DNA of 63,886 nt, the filler included, from Craspedostauros australis (taxonomy: Eukaryota), in assembly GCA_030167865.1 (NCBI GenBank). It is 10 parts of 10 records of this genome, joined end to end, with 100 filler letters (N's around TTAATTAATTAA, not from the genome) between each part and the next. Parts side by side here need not be neighbours in the genome. Positions count along the whole stretch, not along the records: positions 45,759 to 52,507 come from JALAGF010001122.1; positions 52,608 to 54,390 come from JALAGF010001123.1; positions 54,491 to 55,925 come from JALAGF010001125.1; positions 56,026 to 58,332 come from JALAGF010001126.1; positions 58,433 to 62,536 come from JALAGF010001128.1; 5 more parts are not named here. The stretch is one strand, 5' to 3'. How positions within the stretch are numbered: position 1 is the first letter of the stretch; every line of letters begins with the position of its first letter. The notes below the pieces were generated by a model. The model saw only the letters and a list, made by a program, of their open reading frames with translations. It was not told the origin of the DNA and did not search any database. Shown here piece after piece: positions 49,762 to 61,854 of this stretch. The position numbers and the translations under genes are program-made.

Positions 49762-50412
49762 TGACTTTTTCCATCAACAAGCAATTTCACCGGCGCTTGA
49801 TGAGTCCAACAAACAGTGAGCTTCGAGGACCCCAGTTCCCTCCGCATCAATCTCACTTGCGCAGCACTTTGTTTTGCTCTTCTGTGTATCTCCATGTCTC
49901 CGTCCAGAGGGATACAAAGTATATTATTATTTTTGCACGAAATCTGCATCTCGTTGTCATCTAATGCTAGATCACAACGAACAATCCAACATCGTATTCG
50001 ATATTCCCATGACCACATGCGCTGACTCGCTGTTGTTGCAAGTACATCCGCTCATGTCGCATTGGGACGCATGCACAGATCGTCGATGGTTCTGCCTGAT
50101 CCTCCATCACATACCATAGCTTCTCTCTCGAGACGGGCTCAGCTCAGAGAGTGATCGCGATGGAACAATTTATTTCCTCAGGATCAAAGAAAAATGAAAC
50201 AATTCCGCACTCTCTGCCAATAGAGAGAGGGGGGGGGGGGGGAATGAAGGGGGGGGCGTGTGTGGCGGGTGTTTGTGTGTGGTGGGTGGTGGACGTGGAA
50301 ACAAGAGGGGGAGTGTTTGGTCCGTTGTTTGCAGAGGATGGATGCGGAACTGCACGAGAACACGTTGGCGTTGTCAAGCGCCTGAAACATTGCTCGTTGG
50401 TGTAAAAAGTCA

Positions 50413-50485
50413 TGCTTTGACCGTGAATCGAACACGGGGCCTCAAGATCTTCAGTCTTGCGCTCTCCCAACTGAGCTATCAAAGC
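50413..50485 (-). tRNA. tRNA-Phe (GAA)
   Basis: Third identical copy, with a T5 terminator on the minus strand. Confidence 0.97.
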
Positions 50486-51030
50486 GAGAGATGCCGTACC
50501 TGGCCGCAGTCAGAGCTTATTTAATATCTGCTCAATTCTCTCAACTTGGAGTATTGTTTTTTGTGTTGTATCACATCTAAGCCCACCTGCTCGCACGCAC
50601 CACACCTCTCTCTGTAGGGAGATATCTGGACTCTCTCCAGATCGTTTTTGCGTCGAGGTATTGTTCGACGAGTACTCTATCAGCACTGACACCAAGGGTG
50701 TCGGCACGACAGTTCACCCTACATCTCGTCCATTCTGCGCACCGAGTTATCGTGGAGGGAGTGGAGTCGAGCGGGCGCACGGACGGACGACAGAAAATGG
50801 CGCCAACGCTGTTCGCGCAAAAGACCGAAAACACACCGAATCAAACCCGAAACCAAAATCCAAATCTTCCAGATTCCACACACTCTTTCTGTGCGAACTG
50901 CTCCATCATCACCAACACTTGCATCCACCCTTCTTTCGGTTGCAACTTCGCGTGTTCGATCTCACTTACAGCACAACATCGACAACCACGCAAAGGACTA
51001 CACCAACGCCATCGCAGAATCCAACGCAAC

Positions 51031-52507
51031 ATGTCATCAAGACGCAAGCGCGGCCGCTCGGCAGACACCGGCAAAGGCCGCAAACGAGCACCCGTCGCGA
51101 TCGCCAAGGACATCGACTAGGTGCTGCAACCATGTCGCAAGCTGAAGATGGAGCTGATAAAGAAGAAGGAGAACGCCATCCGCCACGACGATCTGTCCGC
51201 AGCCCCCAACGACGGCATCCTGGACGGCATCGTCGAAGTCCAGGAGCTCACCTACCACGAGGTGCTGGACGGCATCGAGAACGTCGCGATCCGCATCACG
51301 CAGCAGGTCCTCAGCAAGCAGGGATTCACCATGAGCGTGCCGAGTCGCACGGCCACGAACCAGATCTACGTCAAGGAGTGGGATCGCATCGTGCTGGGGC
51401 GGCAAACGATCCACGCGCACCTTCATCAACGTCAAGGAATCGCGCAAGTCGGCCATCACGCTGCGCGTCATGCAGCTGCTGCACCAGGTGCTGCGCAAGA
51501 GCATCCACATCACCAAGCGCGATCTCTTTTACACTGACGTCAAGCTCTTTGTGGATCAGACGGAGTCCGACAACGTGCTGGACGACGTCGCCACCATGAT
51601 CGGCTGCACGCGCAGCAATTTGCACGTCGTGGCCAGCGACAAGGGGTTGGTGGTGGGGCGCATCCAGTTCGAGGAAGATGGCGATCCCATCGACTGCACG
51701 CGCATGGGGGTGGGCGGCAAGGCGATTCCGCCGTACATCGATAAGATTGAGAACATCCGCAGCGACGCCGAGTTCGTGCTGCTGGTCGAGAAGGAAGCCG
51801 CTTACATGCGATTGGCGGGACGTTCGAGGGGGTGGGGATAATGTATCGCTCTCTCTCTCTCTCCAGAAGCGCGGGACTGCCTGTGTTATCGTGCCTGTGC
51901 GTACTCGCGTTGCGGGAGATGTTCACAGTTGTGTTCACGGCAGTGCTCATGACAGTGTTGAATCATTCATTTGGAGTTGCGTAGAAGGAGGAAAGCAAAG
52001 TCTGTCCATTGATTGGATCTCAATGTGCTACATTCCATACATCCACTCACACCATTCCTCCGCGCACTCTGTGCATGCATGTCCTACACCGTGTACACTG
52101 CGCCTCCTACCAAACCGCATGCTGCTCTTGAGGAGGACCGCTTTTACAACAAGTACCCGTGCATCGTCATCACGGCTAAGGGACAGCCCGATGTTGCGAC
52201 GCGCATGTTCCTTTCCAGGATCACCACGGAGTTGAAAATCCCTGTGTTGGGATTGGTGGATTCGGATCCGTACGGATTGAAGATTCTTTCCATCTACATG
52301 TCCGGAAGCAAGAACATGAGCTACGACAGCGCGAGCCTCACGACACCGGACATCATGTGGCTGGGACAGCGGCCGTCCGATATCAACAAGCACGATCTGC
52401 CGGATCAGTGCCGTTTGAACGTGACGGCGAACGATATCAAGACCGGAGAGGAGCTCATGAAGGAGGATTTCATCATGAAGAATCCCAAGTGGCTCAAGGA
52501 GTTGCAA
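51031..52507 (+). pseudogene. SPO11-3: SPO11-3/TOP6A (topoisomerase VI subunit A), disrupted and 3'-truncated by the contig end
   Basis: [12 protein letters not shown]...[43 protein letters not shown] and LVDSDPYG. Lesions: TAG at 51118-51120, +1 G at 51396-51399, and intron 51818-52132 starting GG rather than GT. Confidence 0.85.
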
Positions 52508-52607
52508 NNNNNNNNNNNNNNNNNNNNNNNNNNNNNNNNNNNNNNNNNNNNTTAATTAATTAANNNNNNNNNNNNNNNNNNNNNNNNNNNNNNNNNNNNN
52601 NNNNNNN

Positions 52608-54390
52608 GCTATGTGCGGCATGCCAATTCGGCAAACAACACCGCAGACCTACGCCAGGCACAACACAGCACGCAATACTGGACCGACAGGGAGTGATCAA
52701 AACGGATCATCTCTTCCCTGGCCAACAGGTCTCCGTGGATCACTTCGTGGGACGCACGCTGGGCCGCCTGTTCACTGGAAGGGGCAAATCCGACGCCTCG
52801 GAGATGTACAAGGGCGGAGCGATGTTTGTGGACCATGCATCAGGNTACATTCACGTCGAACCTGTTGCGTCCCTCACCACTCATGCAACCCTCGAAGCCA
52901 AGACACGATTTGAGTCCATGTGCCGCGATGTGGGAGTGCCAGTGCGCTCCTATCTCTCGGACAATGCCACCACCTTCACATCTCCAGACTACACCAAACA
53001 CCTTGAGCGCTTCCACCAGGTGCATCGTTTCGCTGGAGTCGGTGCTCACCATCACAACGGAGTGGCTGAGCGGAGCATCCGTACCATCATTTCAATGGCG
53101 CGCACAATGATGATGCATCAGAGCATTCACTGGCCGACGATGTTTGACGCACAGCATTGGCCCATGGCAGTCGTGCATGCAGCGTACATCCATAATCGAG
53201 TCCCCAACGCAGCCACCGGATTGACACCAATGGACATCCTGTCGCGTACTCGCATCCCGCTGAAGCAGCTCCACAACCTTCATGTGTGGGGCAGCCCAGT
53301 GTACGTGTTGAACAAAGCTCTCGGCGATGGTCGCAAGATCCCACGATGGGAACCACGCGGAGAACGGTACGTCAACATGGGTCTCTCCACCCGTCACGCA
53401 TCAACGGTCCCCCTTGTGTTGTCACCACGGACAGGATCAATCACTCCGCAATTTCACGTTGTTTTTGACGATTGGTTCGCAACCATCGCAACAAACCCAA
53501 GCGACCTTCCCGACTACAACACCAGTGAGTGGACCCACATGTTCGGCGATACAACCTACCAAATCCCTTTTGACGACGAAGACATCATCGCCATGGAAGA
53601 AAGAGACATCGAACGTGAAGAAGCAAACGATCACCAACGGTTCCACTCCACAAACGATGCGCCGATGCCCCCGCCATCATCAGGCGCGCCACCGGTATTC
53701 ACGCGAACTCCGATCAACACAGATTCACCAGCTCACATTTTGAAACAGCCGTCGGAACCGGAAATGAACAGCGACACAACACCGGTCGATCAAGTGCAAC
53801 CACCTCAACCAACCTCCCAACCAGCGGATACTGTTGAAGATCACACACGCACACCACCAGTGCCACCGACAGAGGGAGGCGAGGAGCCGAAAGAACGTGC
53901 CGTCACAGCTCCGCCAAACCTGTTGCCACCAACAGAGGGAGCGACAAACGATGACGAAAGTGGTGCAATGCCGATCGCAAGTGATTCCCCCCCAGCTTCG
54001 CCACCTCGTGAACCCATTCACGCGCCAACGAAAAGAGACAAGGCAAAATCATCCAGGCCGCCTCCACTTCGCCGCTCGGAGCGTATCAACAAACGAGAGC
54101 CACGAGAACGCAAAACCGTCGAGCGACTCACCTACAACAAGTTAGGGGGCAAAGTCGTGTGGGCAGATGACGACACGCTACCCATCGAAGCTAGCGCCAA
54201 CGTGACAACTCAACACACAGGTAACCACAGCAAGACCCAAGCGGTACAGAGCATGAAGAAGGTCCTGCAGGAGTGCCGCCAGTCGCTAATGGAGTTCACG
54301 GAGCATCCTGACGACCAGGTAACACAAAAAGCCAAGGTCCTGGTCCGTGACGCGGAATCCATGCTCCGAAATTTGAAAACCATCGATACC
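52608..54390 (+). mobile_element. Ty1/copia (CoDi-type) pol fragment: integrase
   Basis: CAACQFGKQ zinc finger end, PGQQVSVDHF, SDN, HHHNGVAERSIR, WGSPVYVL, and SITPQFHVVFDDWF. Frame is open across the whole contig. Confidence 0.95.
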
Positions 54391-54490
54391 NNNNNNNNNN
54401 NNNNNNNNNNNNNNNNNNNNNNNNNNNNNNNNNNTTAATTAATTAANNNNNNNNNNNNNNNNNNNNNNNNNNNNNNNNNNNNNNNNNNNN

Positions 54491-55586
54491 AGCACCTTCC
54501 TGATCCCATGAAAATCTCTCGTGTGAAGGGTAAACTGTACTTCCAAGCGCTGGAGATCACAGGCAGCAAGGAATAGTTGGTGCGCCTGATAAGCCCAAGC
54601 CGAAGTATAGCCTCAAGAAATCCTTCCGCGAAAAAGAAATCCCCGCACTGGATTCGCTCGCCAACAAAATCAAGGCCGAAACGGGCAAGAACGTGGTGAT
54701 TCGGTACCAGATGGATGGNNNNNNNNNNNNNNNNNNNNNNNNNNNNNNNNNNNNNNNNNNNNNNNNNNNNGACAGTCGCGGATGGCACTTACGACTGCAA
54801 CCACCAAATTCTCCCATCACGAATGTGAAAGACGATGCGATATTCCCAGCGATGTCGAAACACGTGTCAGCGTATCAAGGTGAGCACCACGGAAGCCGAT
54901 TGCTTACCACCGATGCGTTGTGGGGTGCTTGCAAAACCTGTTGGGATCAATTTGGGCTGGACAAGCTGGCTCACGCGTATGTTCGCCACCATCAGATTGC
55001 CTACGCAATTTGTGCTGCGGAAGGAGGTGACGAATTTGTGACGGAGAACAAGGGACTGCACATGAACGTGCGGAAACAAACGTCCACTGAATTCGACAAG
55101 GACGGCAACGAGATCGGCGTTACCGTGTCTCACATGGACTTCGCGTTGGAAAAGGATGACGCATCCAACACGACCACCAAGAAACCAGCTGCAACAGGCA
55201 ACAAAGGCAAATCAGGTGGCTTCAAATACGCCAAGCCCGACATCAAAGGTATGTACGATGATGCGCTCAAGGTGATGGCTATCAGTGGACTGCAGTGCCT
55301 GAAAATGAACCTGCCAACAACCAGCAGCCTCATTCCGTTGCTGGAGAAGCAAATCGTTGAGACCATCAAGTGCAACAAGGAGACTGAACAACAGAATAAA
55401 GGCAAGAAGAGAAAGAAGCAACCCAGCAAGAGCAAAGCCGACATCATTGAGCCTCGCAACAACAACAACAACAACAGCAAGACCGAAGCAGCACCCACCA
55501 TGAATACATTCGAAGTGGCCTGTCTGGCTGGCAAGGCCGAGCATCACAGCGAAGCAGAGGAGGATACCAACACAGCAGAGGTGTAG
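54491..55586 (+). mobile_element. Tc1/mariner-superfamily transposase fragment (C-terminal catalytic region), probably degenerate
   Basis: VVIRYQMDG [gap] ...LQPPNSPITNVKD matches the QxDxAxPH...QPPNSPDxNxxD pattern, followed by the ...AAEGGD helix. Upstream RVKGKLYFQALEITG is broken by a stop. Confidence 0.75.
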
Positions 55587-56075
55587 CTGCAAATCGAAGT
55601 AGTAGTAGTAGTATATGTTATAGGCACATCTGTGATTGAAGTGCCTGTGTGCGCATCGTCTGCTTGATGGCATGGAGGATTGTGATGTGCGCATCGTCTG
55701 TTTGATGGTATGGAGGATTGTGATGTGATGTGTGGTGTGTGATGTTTGTTTTGTGTTTTGTGTTTTGTGATGAGTGATGTGATTTTTGTGACGCAGACCG
55801 TTATTTTTGTGTCGTGAATGGTGTGCGTCGTGGAGCCATCACGTTGTGTCGTTCCACTCTGGTCGGAAAAATTCCAGCCGAACCACACACAAAAAACGCT
55901 CCAAGGCCTCAACTGCGTCGATCGGNNNNNNNNNNNNNNNNNNNNNNNNNNNNNNNNNNNNNNNNNNNNTTAATTAATTAANNNNNNNNNNNNNNNNNNN
56001 NNNNNNNNNNNNNNNNNNNNNNNNNCTCTTTCTGTCGTCCAATCGGCTGCGAACAGCGACATGTGGGTGAGGGAG

Positions 56076-56222
56076 AAAAGGTGCCCTATTTAGGGCACGT
56101 TTTGAAAAGATGCCCTATTCAGGGCACGTTTTGAAAAGGTGCCCTATATAAGGCACGTTTTGAAAAGATGCCCTAATTTAAGGCACGTTTTGAAAAGGTG
56201 CCCTATTTTAGGGCATCTTTTG
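56076..56222. repeat. Five tandem 29-30-bp palindromic units AAAAG(G/A)TGCCCTA..T(T)AGGGCACGTTTTG
   Basis: Units at 56076, 56105, 56134, 56163 and 56193. Each is self-complementary, and there are no unique spacers. Confidence 0.93.
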
Positions 56223-56614
56223 ACATCGCACAGATACGAGTCGCGAGTGGCGACGACAATGTCTGAAGGACATGGCAATCAAGACTAATAAAATCTCATT
56301 CACGACTAACAGTGTTCGTAAGTCCGTTAAAATGCACCCGAACCACCATGTCCGGCAGTTTACCGGAAGCCCCAGAGGTGTGCGTCTGGTATCACAATCA
56401 ACGATACCACGACACAGAAATATTACATGAGGAATTGAGGTTTGGAATCGGAAGCCGCACCAGCAGAGTGAGAAAGTGAACTTCCCACTCTATTACTCTG
56501 CTCAACGACAATTGACATCATATCGTCATAGTACTATACCACCTTTACGGCCAATACTGCCAATACTCTGCACGCTCCAAGAGACAGCAGCGCGTTGATC
56601 CACACCACACAGGC

Positions 56615-58332
56615 ATGCACACCGCCATGGCGTCAGCGCAAACACCACAAGACGACGTCCCCGTCGCTCGTCAACGACGCGCTTCGTCCTCCGACGTGCG
56701 CTTCCTGACGCAGGTGACCGGACCCACGTATCGACGACGTTCCGCTTCGGCGCTCATGACGGACGTGTGCCGCTGGTCCAGCTGCGAGATGCAGCATCTG
56801 CTGCGTCGGCAGGATGACTCGTCCTTCAGCAACTCGACAGGGTCCGTCAATTCGTTCGGCGATGATCGCGACGAGCAGGTCAATGAAGACGGCGATGGCA
56901 ATGGCGGTCATCATGATTACCATGATGGTGTTGATGATGTTGTTGATGATGATGGACCACGCCCTGACAGTATCGACATTAGTCATGTCATTGCCAGCGA
57001 TACTGCAGCTCATGCCGTTGCCAAAACCAGAACCATCATCATCAACACCACCACAAACGCTGCCATCAACAACGATGAGCCTGCGCAGCGTCGCATTCAT
57101 GACACCGAACTGCAGATACCGATACGAAAGGCCGACTACCATCTCGAGAATGCAGCGAATCGACGAGCGCTGATGCGCAAGGCCAGATCGCATGGTGATC
57201 TCAACGTGGGTCCGTCCTCACCGTCACACAGACCTGTCTCCAGGAGGCGTTCCAGCAACCGGCGCTCGCGCAATGCACAGCTCATGTCGTCTTCCGATCA
57301 TAATGTCACCGTTGGTGCGACACGCAGCAGGAGGAAGGCCCGGAATCATAGCTATATCAGTAGTCGCAGCGTCAGTCACAGCAGCAGTCGCAGCATCAGT
57401 CACAGCATCGGCAATACAACTGCTGCCGAGACGAGCAGCAAACGAAGGAGGAGCAGGACGAGACGCGATTCGATAAGGGTCAACACGTATGTTGCAAGAC
57501 GCCGCCACAGCGCGGATCATTCGCAACATCATGCACATCAGGATCAGCAGCCAAGGGAAAGAGTCCGACGGCGTCGCAGCAGTTCCAGAACTCTTCACCA
57601 CAATGACGACGACGATGACGACGACAATAGTGATAACCTGTGGCAAGCCTCATCACGCGATCGCGCTCTGCTCAACGAATCGCTCCAATCCGTGTTGTCC
57701 ACAGCAACTGCCGCATCACGTCGCAAGAAGAAGGTTGACCCGCTTGCTACACGATCGTATCACGGCGAAACGGAATGGGGCAAGGAACGCACGCGGCGGT
57801 ATCGCAGAAAGTCCTCTCGCAGACAATCCACCGAGCCACTGTCGGCATCATCGGCGCATGCCGTGCTGCAGCAGCGCAAACCGCGGCGGGGACGCAGCAT
57901 CCATGACAAACCCAGGAGAACGCGCCGATCGCGATCCAACATCATGGACGTGGCACCCGTCAGTCCCAAACGCAAGCCATCGACGCAGGCCGAACCCGGC
58001 TGGACTCCCGAAGCGTTGTGTCCGCCATTTCTTTCGCCGCAAAAAGGCAATGCGCCGGAATGGGTGCCGCTGCGCGATGGATCGTCCGCATCGAAGGAGC
58101 CGAAGGCCGTACGACAAGCCAATCGACGGCGGTCAAGGCATGCTGCCGAAACCACGTCTCGCATGTCGAGAAGCACGTCCGATGATGATCTCCTCACGAC
58201 CAAACGCAAGCAGCTGCTGTCCAAATTGTATCACGAAGATTTCGCGTCGCCCAATTCGGATGGCTACGCGTCATCGGATACCGACACTGTGCCGGTCAAC
58301 CAGTGTGCGGTCGATGACTCGAGCGAGACATT
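56615..58332 (+). CDS. Arg/Ser-rich low-complexity protein (3'-partial)
   Basis: Open frame of more than 570 codons from an ATG to the contig end; many RRxS motifs; no recognised domain. Confidence 0.6.
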
Positions 58333-59169
58333 NNNNNNNNNNNNNNNNNNNNNNNNNNNNNNNNNNNNNNNNNNNNTTAATTAATTAANNNNNNNNNNNN
58401 NNNNNNNNNNNNNNNNNNNNNNNNNNNNNNNNAACGACAACAACACAGCCCCATCGCACTATTCCTCTCTGTGTGTCTCACTGCACGTGCACTTGTGTTC
58501 TCATCTGCGACGATCACTTCCTTGGCAACACACCATCCACACAGCATCTGGCAACAAAATACAATCAACGAACAGATTGTACTCCGAAGCACAGCATCAC
58601 CACACAGCAATCGACAAGCGTTGCCAGGTGTTCACAAACCTCTCTCCGGCCGAAGCCAGATACAAACCAAAGGTACGTTCCGCTCATCAATCAATTGCAG
58701 ACGCAGATTTGCAACATGAATGAATGTCTGTATGGCCAAGAGTGAATGATGGGAAGATTCGTTCGCAACTCTCGTCCTACCCGACGCAGCGTGATGCCTC
58801 AAGTTGGAGCACACATCGAGAGCATCGGCATCACCGGCAGCATCTGGGGAGGATGCTCCCTCCGGATCAGCTGCCATCGTCATGGGAGGTGTGATGCGTA
58901 ATTATGCCACGCGTCCCCCACACTTGTCGTTCCGATCACATGCTTGCCTTTGCATGTTGGTTGCATACGGTGTCATCGCCGCCGACTCCGCTCTAATCTG
59001 TTCTGCCCAACTCAACTCAACCCCACACGTTTCGTACCCCACCGGTACGAGTACTTCTGTTCCCGCACTTCGCAATGCGCTGCGCTACACTACTCCATCC
59101 GTGTCAATCACGTACATGAATCGCAGTACACAATCCAAGCAACCGACAAGCAGCAACCACCAAGCAACC

Positions 59170-61854
59170 ATGATCCACACCAAGGCAGCCTTGGTCGCCT
59201 TTCTCGCTCTCGCCAACACGGCGACGGTCGACGCCGTGCTCCGCGGCAACAGGACTCCCGTGGATCCAACCGAGGAACTCCACATGATGATGGCGAAGAC
59301 CCGCATTCTCAAGCAGGCCATCGGCGACACGAAGACCAACAAGAACAACCCCACTGAGAACCCGACTGATCCAGAAACAACTGCGCCAACCGCATTGCCT
59401 ACGGGGCCGCCGACTACCTCGCCAACCCAGATGCCCTCCATGACGCCTGTCGCTCCGCCAACCGCGTCGCCAACGTCTCAACCAACTCTCCTGCCAACAT
59501 CCAAGCCATCAGCTGCCCCAATCGCAATCACCTTCGACTCCACCATCGAAGTCATTTGCAGGCCGGATAGTATGACCGCCCTCTCACAGCAAGAGGTAAG
59601 CGCCAAGACCATCATCTGCAACTCTGCCAAGGCATCCTGCCGTGTGGCAGTGGCCGCCGTCAAGGAATCCGAGCAGCTGCAGAACTTCTTCGCGTGCGCA
59701 GGAGACCTGGGAGAAGCGGCGGCACGCAAGCTCTTCAACAAATACGCATCCAGCGACATCCTTGCTGGCCAATTGGCGTTGATCGCTGCCACCAACCCGC
59801 TCCTCGTCACTGAACGTCCGGATGCAATGAAGACAGCATGCGCGGCCATGGCGGCGATGCAATCGCCTGCCGTCGCAGACCCATGCTGCCAAGGATCTTC
59901 GGGATGCACCTCAGTCACCGGTTCCGCCTCCAACTCCCCTCCATTCATGACCATCGCAATCACGGCATGCACTGGCGACAGCGCCTGCAAGGATATGGGC
60001 CCCAATCCCCTCATTCTCGATTCCTCCTGCACTGGCACGAGTGCATGCGAGTTGATGAACGAAAATGAAATCAACCCGTCCATCACGGGAGTCACCTTCG
60101 TCGGTGAGATGGCATGCACCACCCCTCAATCTTGCGAGGGAGTGGGACGCCGCTCCCATGGTGATGTCATCATCCAGACCGGTGCATGCGTTGGGTCAGA
60201 GGCATGCAACTCCGCTGCCCGCCGCGTCGCGCAGAAGGGCACCATTCGCATCCGCAGCCATATCGACATCGGGGCGAATGCGTGCGTTGGCATCAATGCC
60301 TGCAAGGATGCCCATTCCACTGTCAACTATGGTACTGCTGGTAAGCCGGCAGGCAGCTTGACCATTGGTGCTGGCAGTTGCGCTGCCAATGGGTCATGCG
60401 AGAAGATGGGCCTCAATGACAGGATGAGGACCGACCTCGTCGTCCCTCCTGGTGGATGTGACACCGTCAAAGGCTGCAGAGGATGCATGACGAAGGATGA
60501 GTGCAGCCCTGATGAATTCTACTTCATCAGCGATATCGATGGAGCCTGCCCAAAGGGAGGCATCAGCTCCGGGGGCAATCCCACTGGTGACAAAGTGGAG
60601 GAGTACTGTACTGGCAAGGACACCTTGCCCACAGACTCTCCGACTTTTTCTCCCACTCCTTTCCCCACACCTCTCACGTCCAGTCCAACCAGCGCCCCAT
60701 CCAACTTGCTGTCTCAGACGCCCTCCGACCTTCCGTCCACCCATCCATCTGGCATACCGTCAGCACTCCCAAGCTCACAGCCTTCGCAAGAGCCTACAAG
60801 AACAAGCAGCCCAACCCTCCCCCCTGCATCCATCACTGTTGGATGTCTCTCAACACCGGGTGACGTCACACAAACGTTCAATCCCATCACTGATGACGTC
60901 TTGTGCGATGGAGCAACAGGCACATGCGCTGAATTTGTCTCTGCGGTCGACGCCCTTGGTGAGAACGGGAAGATGATCAAGAGCATCTTTGGATGCAACG
61001 ATGAAGACCCTCCAGGGCTCGTGACGTTCCAGGTGGCGCAGGAACGCTTTGACAAGATCAAGAACGACAAAAGCGTGACCGGCGCATTGTTGGCGATCGT
61101 GAATGAGAACAAGAAGCTCTTCACTGGCAGCGCGACTGTGGTGACGAGTGCGTGCAGCGACTGCTGCGACGATGTTTTGTCTTGTGGCATTGACCCTTCT
61201 AGTGGCAGTGTCATGACGGTGAGCTCAGGATCGTGTACCGGGGGTGGCGCTTGCAGATTCACATCTCCCAACGCAATCATACTTGACAGTTGCAAGGGCG
61301 GAAATTCCTGCTTTCGGTTGGGAAATTTCTTCGGAGCTCAGCCAGCTGCTGGTGTCGAAGTCGGATTCAACGTGATCGGGCCAGGAGCTTGTGTTGCACC
61401 GAGCGCCTGCAGTGGTGTTGGAGTTAACATCTTTGGTACTGTACGAGTGGAAGAAGGAGCATGCGATGGAACCACTGCATGCTTTGACTTTGCACGACGA
61501 ACCAACCAAGGGTCTACAACCACACCGGTCGTGGCAAATGTCTTCATCGGAAAGAATGCTTGCAAAGGGGAGGGCGCTTGTAAAGATTTGCATCGTTTCT
61601 CATCGACCAAAATTGCAGGAGACGCGATCATTGAAGCCGATGCCTGCTCGGGTGCGGACACGTGCAATGGGCTTGGCAACAGTGACAGTGCAACCAATGA
61701 CATCATCGTCAAAGGAGGAGTGTGCACAACAGCCACCCCCTGCCAAGATTGCGCCCAAGGATCACTGTGTACGCCAGCAACAAAAACGTACGTAATCGAC
61801 GACGCAACCGCGGATTGCCCTGGACCATCCCCATCTGCCTGTCAAGAACTCTAG
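59170..61854 (+). CDS. Secreted Cys/Gly-rich protein with Pro/Thr/Ser linkers and an internal duplication (894 aa)
   Basis: Signal peptide MIHTKAALVAFLALANTATVDA, VLRG and RIL motifs, PT/PS repeats and recurring (G/A/S)C-x-G-xx-(A/S)C units in two homologous halves. Confidence 0.85.
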   Translation: MIHTKAALVAFLALANTATVDAVLRGNRTPVDPTEELHMMMAKTRILKQAIGDTKTNKNNPTENPTDPETTAPTALPTGPPTTSPTQMPSMTPVAPPTASPTSQPTLLPTSKPSAAPIAITFDSTIEVICRPDSMTALSQQEVSAKTIICNSAKASCRVAVAAVKESEQLQNFFACAGDLGEAAARKLFNKYASSDILAGQLALIAATNPLLVTERPDAMKTACAAMAAMQSPAVADPCCQGSSGCTSVTGSASNSPPFMTIAITACTGDSACKDMGPNPLILDSSCTGTSACELMNENEINPSITGVTFVGEMACTTPQSCEGVGRRSHGDVIIQTGACVGSEACNSAARRVAQKGTIRIRSHIDIGANACVGINACKDAHSTVNYGTAGKPAGSLTIGAGSCAANGSCEKMGLNDRMRTDLVVPPGGCDTVKGCRGCMTKDECSPDEFYFISDIDGACPKGGISSGGNPTGDKVEEYCTGKDTLPTDSPTFSPTPFPTPLTSSPTSAPSNLLSQTPSDLPSTHPSGIPSALPSSQPSQEPTRTSSPTLPPASITVGCLSTPGDVTQTFNPITDDVLCDGATGTCAEFVSAVDALGENGKMIKSIFGCNDEDPPGLVTFQVAQERFDKIKNDKSVTGALLAIVNENKKLFTGSATVVTSACSDCCDDVLSCGIDPSSGSVMTVSSGSCTGGGACRFTSPNAIILDSCKGGNSCFRLGNFFGAQPAAGVEVGFNVIGPGACVAPSACSGVGVNIFGTVRVEEGACDGTTACFDFARRTNQGSTTTPVVANVFIGKNACKGEGACKDLHRFSSTKIAGDAIIEADACSGADTCNGLGNSDSATNDIIVKGGVCTTATPCQDCAQGSLCTPATKTYVIDDATADCPGPSPSACQEL

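Noticed and set aside
51118..51120. Recoded TAG or programmed frameshift in SPO11-3
   Set aside because: A co-occurring frameshift and splice-donor loss point to decay or error. Other genes here (e.g. 29335, 61854) use TAG as a stop.
56076..56222. CRISPR array
   Set aside because: Palindromic repeats of CRISPR-like size are directly adjacent with no unique spacers, there are no cas genes, and the context is eukaryotic.
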